This document shows positions 53,801-64,000 of a stretch of DNA of 64,000 bases, in pieces. The translations under genes were made by a program, and so were the position numbers. The notes below the pieces were generated by a model, which was not told the DNA's origin, made no database searches, and worked only from the letters and a program-made list of their open reading frames with translations. Source of the DNA: Balanoglossus misakiensis (lineage: Eukaryota > Animalia > Hemichordata); assembly GCA_040954595.2 (NCBI GenBank), contig CM082583.2:5013374-5077373 (forward strand), written 5' to 3'. How positions within the stretch are numbered: position 1 is the stretch's first letter; every line of letters begins with the position of its first letter.

Positions 53801-56800
53801 TAAAAAAGCGCGGAAGGTCGGCAATTGTTAACATAGTATTAACCCCATAAGTGGACCTCTGCCTGACACTTGTCACCCCCGTATGTATTTAAAACTCGCA
53901 TTACAAAAAATACCTTAAAATATCACACTCGGCTCAGCTGTGACTGGCACGGCTGATCACAGAAAAAAAGCCATCCCCGTCAATTTGTATTGTCTGTCTG
54001 TGTGTGGCAATCGATTTATAGAGCACTCAGAGACCTGTGCGTGTGTTGTTCACTTCCCTTTATCATTTCGCACTCTTGACACAAGATCTGAATTGTTCTT
54101 CTTCAATAATATCCAAAACTTAGATATATCTCGAAACACAAACACACGTGTACTACACACACACACTGACACAGATGCAACTTCACCAGGTACAAGAAGA
54201 GCCACTGGGCCATTCGATCGTCCGATATGTTCCCCGGGCAAAAGATTATTTGGCCTAATCTCGTGCTCGTAGTCCCTAAGATACACATGGCCACTCATGA
54301 TACACACATGCCCGTTCATTTTCCCTCGCACTTTTTATAGACCTGTTTGAACACGCATCTCTGTATAATAAAATACTTTTTACGGATCCGTATCAGAATA
54401 GAAACCGGGTGATAATTCGGTTCACGATTGTGGGCACAATGGATGATACGTGTACATCTGCTATTGAGGAAAGGTCAAATCACGTTGAGGGGTCCCAATA
54501 TTATACATATCGAAGCTTTTTTAAACGACAAAATTATCGCTGCACTCTGCGCCCTGTCGTGCAAAAGATAAAACACGCAATTTCGATCAGGTCTGCTCTA
54601 AAGCTTAACCCGGATGTACGTAAATGTTTTTTCATTGAATTTTGTGTCGATGATGAAACTGCCCATTTAAATATATATCGATGATAAAATGCTTTATCAG
54701 AGGTGGGTATTTGCGTTTTATCACACTTAAGCTTATTTTTTACGCGAAATGTATCGCAAAAGTCGGAAGTCTTCAAAAGGTTGTGCCACCAATAAAAACA
54801 AGACAAGAACAATATCATCCAAAATTCACCAGTCATATGCAACTCCATAGACGCTTGGGGTTTCACATAATAATAGCATGTTCGAAGGAAACTACTTGGA
54901 AATATATATGTATCAAACCGGACATGTTTTAACAATATCATTCCAAAAGCAAGGTTTCATTCCCGCCTTGCTATAACCGGTTTGAAACAAAAACGCGGTT
55001 TTGAATTTGGCGCGCTTAAACGTCTTTACCTATTGACAGAAATGATTGACATTTTGCTTAATTTAAACATGACTTCGACCACCTAATCGTGTTATTAATA
55101 TTAAATCTTCGACACGGGACAAATCCGGGCATACTGATGAAAACAGGTTTAATTCCCACGCAAAGAATAAGACGAGGCAGAAACGGTAAAGAATTGGGGC
55201 AAAGCCGAAAACACGGTCATTTTGAACGGGTTCAACCTCATACAGTTCATCATTTATCGCTTGCCGTTTGATACGATTTTTTCATTTAACCAGTCACTCC
55301 GTGTTATTATGAATATGACAGCTTTTCACACTCGCATGTTAACTGATATTTTTATCACCCAAAACTCAATCTCTTTCTCCTTTTTTTTCCGAGGTGAACA
55401 ATTGGCAAGTTGTGTTAGGTACGCCCGCAGGTGTGTGAAATACGGCAGGTGTGAGGTGTTACAGTATTGACGGCGATGTGATTCCCAGGTTGAAATGTAA
55501 AGAACGCCTAGATTGCCGATATGCTTGACCTTCCGAGGTTTATCGACAGAGCAGAGTCTGTCTGACACTTCCGTGAACGACTTGCCCTAAATGACAAAAA
55601 TAATATTTGACATGCCGTGCAAGACTTTGCCCTGTTTGAAGAGAGATTGCCCCCGGCATCACATTTTCAGAAAACTGAGAGGCCTTGTAAACATTTTCGA
55701 AGAGTAAACGAAACTTGGGTGCTCCTTATCTTTTTTTTATTTCAAGACGATCAATAATTCACAATTTTATGTACGATCATAGTAATATAGGAAATTGGGT
55801 GGCCATTTTGAATACCCGCCATTGAGATAATTTGACCCCCCCCCCCCTCCCGCACCAGACTCGAAATCTGCATTGATTTTCTGCCAAGACTGTGTTCCGA
55901 AGTATGAAAGTTCGGAAGACTTCGCCACCTGAACGCGTTCCCTTATTCTGCGCTTTTCGCGACCAACTCATTTTGAATATCGTTCATGAATCCGCACTAG
56001 AAATACAAACAAATTTCTGTCCGTGAAGATATGGTGATTCTTCGAACATTGTACATAAAAACCAGCTATCCGCATCTCGGCAGTGTTCGGAGCTTATCGG
56101 GATGTTTCAAAAATCGCAAGAAACAGACATTACAAAATTTGCTGACAAGTATTAGGGAAATATTATATTTCTATTACAATAATGAGGTTTTTGAGGATAT
56201 ACAAGGGGTTTGTCCCATAGCTGCGTGTAACGTCGTCAAGGTGACACGGCCGATACATTAGTCGCCCCATTAAACTGGTCGCAGAAATCAATTTTCAAAA
56301 TTTTATTGAATAGCATTCATATAGATGTAACTCAAGGTGACGATTGTTAAGAGGTCAAGCAGGCCAAAACCTTTTAACCGACGTGAAAGGAGAACCTTGG
56401 AATTGAGCATTTTCTCACAATCAAAATTTAATCAGCAATGTCTATAATTCTATAACTCCACGTGTACCGGTCATATCACTGGGGAATGCGCGCATTCAAT
56501 TTTTGTTACCGTGTTAGGACTTCGAATGCGTGCGTTCTCCCTCGCTAATGATAGGTTTATATCGAATTAAACAAAGACATTCGAGACTAACATAAATGCC
56601 GTAATGTGTTTTATTGGGCGGTCCGGAAAAAATCGATGAGTTAAGAGAGGGGTAATATTAAAATTGTAATTAGGAAAATTGATTTTACGTTTTACAACAT
56701 GGTGTGCGGTTAAGCGGTGGGGACAGTTTGTAAAGGGACAGGGAAAAATGAAAATTATGCGCAAATCGTTGGAAAGGTCGAGTAATTGCTTCATTGATAT

Positions 56801-59800
56801 TGCTTTACATTTCATGCTTAGACTACAGAAAGCAGAAGGAAAATGAAATTTTTATATGTGTCACTGGGCATTTGTCCCCAGTAACAGCTGACAGATTTAT
56901 TTCTACCGTGATTTAAAGAGAAAATTTCCGAAGTTTAGGTTATAAAGTGGTCGGGGGGAAAAGCCAGCGAGAGGAACTCGGTAGTTTGCAGTTGGGGGAC
57001 CTGCAACTATCGCGCATTGTCTCGCCGGAGGGTGGTGCGCTCTCAGGCTTGGGGTTAATGGGCCCTGCCGGTGGAAACTCATATCCGCTACTGCCAAGCA
57101 GATGTTCGGATATACATTTTTATTGCTCCCAGACTCCCTGCCCTCGAAGTGTCGGTAAAAACTCGGAAGGTGACGAGTTAACAGGGCAGCGAGGCGACCC
57201 CGAATCGGAAAGAAGGGAATTACAACATCACAATGAAAAGGCCGTGGTCGTGACACGGCGGAGCCGGGACTTTGCTTAGCTTAGTATTTTGACGCGGATT
57301 CGGGAGTCAGTCAGCGCGCGCGTCTCACCATGCGCCCTCCTCTTTATTAAGGTAACCCCCCCCCCCCCACCTCCCCGCGGACTTAATAATGCAATGCTCG
57401 CTTTTGAAATAAACTGTGCTTGCACGACCGTGATCCCAAAACAAAAAATATGTTTTTTCGTCGCAATGGCAATTTCCTGCTCTGTGTATACTTTAAAGGA
57501 AACGTCTTACCGGTGTAAAATTTCGGTCGTTTCAGTTTTGTTTTAATCGAGTCATCAGGCGCCTTATTTTATATTTTTTATTACTTGCAGCGATCTCAGT
57601 CGATATTGGATATATAATTTTTGAGAAAAAAATAAAAAGCCCAGATAAATATGCCTTGGACATAATCGCAACATATACAGAATGTTTTTATGAATATATT
57701 ACAGACGCACGTTGTATTATGCAAATACGGTGAATACACAATGGGTTCGCGTTTGTCATCCACTTTCGCCCGCTTGGGTGATCTATTTCCCCGGCTTAAA
57801 AGAAACTGGTATTACAGCTAACCGCAATTTGTTTAACTGTATACAGTTAGTCGCTCGCCGTACGAGGAAGAATCTGTCAGCGTCGGGCTTATTGATCAAT
57901 TCAACATTTCTGACGCCGAAAGCATAGGACGTACGCACCAGCGATCAAAGGCCGCACGACTTTAATTTATGCAGCCGCGTGGGGAAAGTGTGCCATTTCC
58001 TTCTCAGATCGTGGATATTGAAAGTACAACCGCGAGATTTTCTCTTTTATTTTGGCATGTCGGCTTTCCAATTTATCTACTCTTCTTTTCTTTCCTTTCC
58101 TTTAAAATGGTATTTTCAGTATTTGATTTGTCATGCTTTTTGCCAAACTATAAATCTATCCCCCGACAGGAAAATATTACTTGGTTCTACATTGACAATT
58201 TGTTTTCCCTGCATCTAGAAAATTTGACCTCTGACCCAAACGTGCTTAAGTCCGGATGAGACCCTGTGACTTGTTTTTGCTGGCCGACAAATAAGCATTC
58301 TCCCGTGGCTCAATAGTGTTTTATACGTGTGCATTCTGCAGGAATGCGCGGTATCGACATTGCGACTGACTGCCGCGGTCATTTTGTCCATCCTCCAGCC
58401 AAAGATTATTTTCGAAGTCGAAAAAAAAATCTCATAATCACACATACTGACCTACATATCACCGGATAACAGGTCATAGCGATGCAAAGGGAGTTATGAT
58501 ATCTGTACTTATTCGCCATTACATGACGCACCTCCACCTGCGGGAGTTAACGGTCGGGATATCTCGAAGTCAAGGGTCAGAGAGCGTCAATCGGACGAAT
58601 CGAAATTGCATGGAAGTGTTCCTCCATACTGCTGCTCTGCTTAATACACGATTGTATAGTAATCTAAATGTTAAGGACGTCTCTTTTGGATCTGCAGGCG
58701 ATGCGCGGGAGACACACTGTTCCCTGGGCGGCAATACTGCTTGATTTTTATCTCCGCTCGGCCCGTTGACTCTGTCCGACGTTGAACATATCGCGGAGGT
58801 GTTACAGTGGGATGTCGACTCTCGGAGGTATTCGCCACTCGACAAGCGACCGTGATAGAAAAAAAATATTACCGTCTGTTCCGTTCCGGTCTCTGTGACT
58901 CATGCATTCTTCAATTCTGATAAGATACAATTTACAAGTGTGCAAATTCAAACCTAATAGATTGTCTCTGAAGAACTCCAAAGGTAGACAAATAGTAAAC
59001 AAAACCAAACAAACAATCAAGTGTGTAGAAGCGAAAAATATTGAAAGTGCTTTGTTTCATGCGATAGTTTGCCCCGTCTATTTGATTATATTTACTGTCA
59101 GTTGTTTGCATTCGTGTATGGTTTAATTTGTTTGTATTTTACGGTGTATATCGTTTTGATCCGTGACCTGTATCGTTTGAGCACGGCCGTTTCAGATGTT
59201 TGTAATGCTCAGTGGTGAGTGTCTAATGTATCGTTGGAATGACCAGAACTGGACTAGTTTGGTCCGTGTGTGGATTTGGGGTGCAGGTACGGCCTAAATT
59301 TTGAACTGGCGTAAAAATGGTAGTGTGAACATGTTTCGCCTGAACGTGTGTACCGCGGTTTGGATCGTTCTGTCAATCCAAATTTTGTTTCAAAACAGTC
59401 ACCTCAGGTGTTGATTATCGCATACGACTTCCTTTAGTTGTCGACAATTCTTCCCGTAACACTTTTGACACTAGTTATCTCAGAGACAGCGTGCATGGAC
59501 ACAAATAATTTATTATCTAACCTTTTCGAAGTGACGATTGCTTGTGCAAAACGGGGGTGACGACGTCATACAAACAAAGTTTATTTATGTCGGCAATTGA
59601 TAGATTCGCTATTCATTTCCGAGTCTGGTAGATGTCCCCCCTTTAAATTATAACCAGTGGTGACGTTACAGTCGACTTCTTGACATTTGGCTGGCACGTC
59701 TGTCACTCGATGTTTTAAGGGGAAAAGATACGATGATTTAAAACCGCCGCGTCTGATCCACCACGCCGTTACATGTTGTGCGCAAACTCGACTCTTAACA

Positions 59801-60177
59801 CCGGGGTCGAGCTGACCCCACGGTGTGGGTTATGCAGAGATCCATGGGTCGCTGACGTGTCTTGGCAACAACGCCGGCGTTTGATTTATCGATGACAGGA
59901 TGTGTATGTTTAAGGAATTGGGAGACTGATAGACCAGTGTAAGTGATGACTGCGCTTTGATTAATCGATATTAGGTAGACGGAGACAGAGGGACACGCTC
60001 ACAGGAAGGATAGTCTGCAGTCATAATTTATAATAGCGTAAATTTAAAGTCGCAGCATTCATAAATGCGGGATACGCCAATCACACAGTATAGATATACA
60101 GCCACCTTATGCGTAGACATTTACGGTGTCTTTGCTTTCGATTTCCGATTCCTGTCGCACTTTGTCTGAGGGCGAGG

Positions 60178-60294
60178 CATACATACATAAATACATACAT
60201 ACATTACATTACATACATACACACATACACACATACATGCATACATACATACATACATACATACATACATACATACATACATACATACATACAT

Positions 60295-60327
<33 letters not shown>

Positions 60328-60328
60328 T
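60178..60328. repeat. (TACA)n/(CA)n microsatellite
   Basis: Directly visible. Confidence 0.95.
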
Positions 60329-63300
60329 AAATGTCCCAACCCATGGACGGCGTTTAAAGGGTCCGAAAATGACGCCATAGATGACATAACTAAATCTATA
60401 TGACGAACTTGTACTGCCCTTTAGAAATAAGCCACAGCATTTCAAAAACGACGAAATGCTGTGATGATTTGACTTTTAAAACCAAAGTGAAACGTCGTAA
60501 TTGGGTTGGAATTGTCAACCGGAGTCGACAATGCGGGTATACGCCAAGAAAGGTGACCCGGGCGTTTTAATTGGTTATCGCGGTTTACAGACGACCACGG
60601 TTAATTCCTGCAGCTTATCAGCGCCAAGACTTACAAGAACACGCTTTTGTCATTCATGGAATCGGTCACCAATACAGGGAAGAAAAAATATTGAAATTGG
60701 GGCGAGTCCTGCGATGAATGGCGCATTAGACAGTGGCCATGATTAGAAGTGCGCGGCATTGAGGAGACATTTGGTGTGTGGATTCACTTCTCGCCTTTTC
60801 AAGTGCTTGCTGCGAATAATGTTCAGGGATTTGAGGTATTAAATGTATCTTTAGCTGGTTTGATTAGTTGCAGTGTAAGTAGAATAGGCGGATCAATAAA
60901 GAATACGATTGTTATAGAAGGAAACTCTTAGGGTTTTCCTATAGGCGTTTCACCGCCTCCCAGTACGCCAATTCAACAGGACCTTTGGCTTTCTGGTTAA
61001 TTGTCGGGAGCCGGTCCGGGTCGTTGGTTTGTTAACAAGTACGAAAATGGATTTTTCTTTCTTTTCACGCCTCGTAATCTGACGGAAATACCATGGATGA
61101 AAGGTCTTAAATCGAGTCAGCTCGAGTGAAGATTTTTTTTATCATTTCATTCGGAGTTGCTTTTTTTATTGTAGCTGAGGAGCGACGCTCGCATCCTTTC
61201 ATTTTTTTTACTGCTTGATTCGTCTTTGAGTCCATCATTCGTTCCGGATGCTCAGCGCCAGGGATTATTGCGAGTCGGAGTGAGTTCTTTCACAGACCCT
61301 CGTCGACGGCCCTTTCCCCTTTCATTCAAATGGAAATCTGCCCTTTTATCAGCGGCGGTTGCCGCAATTCTCGGCGATAGCCGTATCAGTGCCGACCTTT
61401 CTATTTTCAAAAATCACATTGTCACGACATCTATATCGCGATGTGAGTTGATTTACGTTTGTTTATCGAGCTAAAAAAAACGGGGGGAGATTTTCTCTTC
61501 CCGCGCGATTTCCGAAGGCGTTGAGTAGATGTATCTCCCACTCGCAGATATCCACCATCATTATACCGCTATCCAACACACACACAATAATGTAATCTCG
61601 CTCCCTGTGTATAGGACACTGATAACCTGCAACCGAAGAACTTGATTAGAAAATATTCACAATTTCCATCAAAATGTGAACCCTGAACGAATTCAGATCA
61701 TTCTCAGAAAACGTTCACAACGATTACGTGTAATAGTGAAAAGCAAATGTTTTCTTTTTTTTCATACACGGTGGGATCGCTTTACAACCCTGAGGACAGA
61801 TTACAACAAAACACGATCGGAACTATTTTCGGATAATTGCGCGCGGATTTAAGTGTGTCAAACACGAGCAATGTTGTGTTTGAGGAGAAAATCGTAATTC
61901 TGACACTGTACGAACAAAGGAGCCACATGACAAAAAGAAATCACTGCGGCTGTGTCGTTCATGTACTCTGCTGATATTTTATCCCTACGTACATTTCTAT
62001 CGCGTCGGCGTTTAAACAGTGAGCTTACCCCCTCGCCCACCCCGAGCTTGTGTGGGCGGACCCTAACTCGGACCAGGTAATCTGTAATAAGAAATGGTCT
62101 GTGCTGTAGCCTGTACGTTGTGTGAGCTCTATACATTGCACTTTGAATATAAGTGAGTAATACAAAGAAACCATGGTATCTGGAAACTGTTATTTAAAAA
62201 TATAAGATCTACTAGAAAGAGTTTTCCTGCGCTCGGCGAGTATGTGTATCAGGTACGACTCTAAACGCGGCACGTGCGTGACGTCACCTGCTCTTCTGCG
62301 TACACTTAACATGTGACACAGGGGCCGTGAACTCTGTACGTTTGATATGTACGACAGCTTGTCGAAAGTCGAAATCTGTAAACACGGTCAAAATGTTAAA
62401 TGCGTTTACGAGTGGTGCAATTTGTTCTTCTCTCGCTACTCGAGAGAAAGACAGGGAGAGCTTCGTTTCAAGTGCGCCGGTCATACTTCAGAGAGTTTAC
62501 CGTTGCTGTTCGATCGGCTCCTCCAGGGTGCAGCTTTCTACTCGGTGTACAGGAGCGCAGCCAGGACCTTGGAAAAAAAATGAATAGCTATCGTTCGAAA
62601 GCGGCTTTCGTTTCTATTTTGATCTTCCGAAATCGGCAGTCATTAGCTCCGAAACCCACATAAGAGAGCGATTTAATGGTATACGCGTAAACGGCGCGCA
62701 TACATTCTCGCACGTCCGCCCCATGGCTGTCTTTCAAGGGAAAATATAGACGAAAAATTATCAGTAATGGTTCTAACGAAAAAAAATCCATTTCGGCAAG
62801 TGTGCAGAAATAAACAATGGCCAGAAAGGTCCCCCAGCTGAATTTTTTCACAATGGCCTTGTACATATAGAATACTCGCACTATTAATACAAATAGTGCC
62901 ATAGTGTCGAAAGCCTTGTTGCGTCAAACGCCGGCGCCCACAGCAAATAGTACATGAACTTCGTCGCTTTGTGGTGTCATCGTCCGCTACCTTGAAACAG
63001 AGGCACTCTGAGCACCGGGCTGGCAGTTGGCGGGATGAGTCAGTCTCCATGGCGACGCGAGGGCGGCCTCTGATGAAGCCAAGAACCACTGGCAGAAACT
63101 TCCATCAAGAACCATCTGATCAGCGAGAGCCCATACGCGCTGGAATGTGTTCAATGGTTTGACGGGTTACTCGGCCTATTTCATCATCCCAAGTCCATCA
63201 ACACCTACCGCTCTTATTATGACTGCCGCACCATTTGATTAAGTTCTGGGAGTAACGGCTCACGGCAAAGCGCACCAATTACGGTCGTCTCGATCGGTCG

Positions 63301-63654
63301 CTTATTGTTCCGCCAGTCGCTCAAAGCCAAGCGCTATCGCTTTTATACCAACCCACTTATCCAAATTGCTGCAAATTCATCTTTTCCCTCTTTTTGACAT
63401 TTTCCTAAGATCACAAAATTAGATGACAAACTTTTCACTCGAACTCACGACCATGGTTCCATAATAACTTGTATATAACACAATACCAAGACGCGATTTA
63501 GTGTGCATCTTTATTACGGACGTCAGCACCTATGACTTCAAATTAAGTTAACTAGAAAAAGAAGATCGATAGCACCTTTAACTCAAATTGATTCTCAAGA
63601 AAAACATACTGCTGATTGTAAACTGTATTGTAAACTGGGTTTGTTTTGACACAA

Positions 63655-64000
<346 letters not shown>

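Noticed and set aside
55600-55850. Sequence reminiscent of an internal MITE fragment
   Set aside because: No TIRs or TSD could be identified; cannot be supported without a repeat library.
63061-63110. Hammerhead-like string CTGATGA-A-GCCA...TGGC-A-GAAAC
   Set aside because: Stem II is closed by an A-A mismatch, and there is no UH cleavage triplet or complementary stem III in either topology.

Overview
This is eukaryotic (animal) genomic DNA, AT-rich and mostly non-coding. The repeat style (TACA/TATC microsatellites, long C/G runs, short TA- and TTAA-flanked MITEs) suggests a marine invertebrate, possibly a hemichordate-like deuterostome; this assignment is tentative. One spliced gene is supported, on the + strand. 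Its last four coding exons (35309-35473, 44163-44330, 47601-47746, 48584-49684) have canonical GT-AG sites and compatible phases. They encode two RCC1 (RLD beta-propeller) repeats followed by a ~415-aa acidic, then Pro/Ser-rich, likely disordered tail. The two RCC1 exons are absent from the ORF track. The tail carries three MAPK D-type docking motifs and a duplicated RPH..TRxxTF motif. No upstream exon was recognised in 1-35308, so that stretch is probably part of one very large intron. It contains CpG-rich patches and developmental TF motifs (PBX-HOX, MEIS-HOX, nuclear-receptor direct repeats, Maf MARE), consistent with an enhancer-rich regulatory landscape. Downstream of the gene (~51-63.6 kb) the DNA becomes much more CpG-rich. 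Four MITE-like elements and several microsatellites are present. Nearly all other ORF-track entries look spurious. No rRNA, tRNA, CRISPR or prokaryotic features were found.
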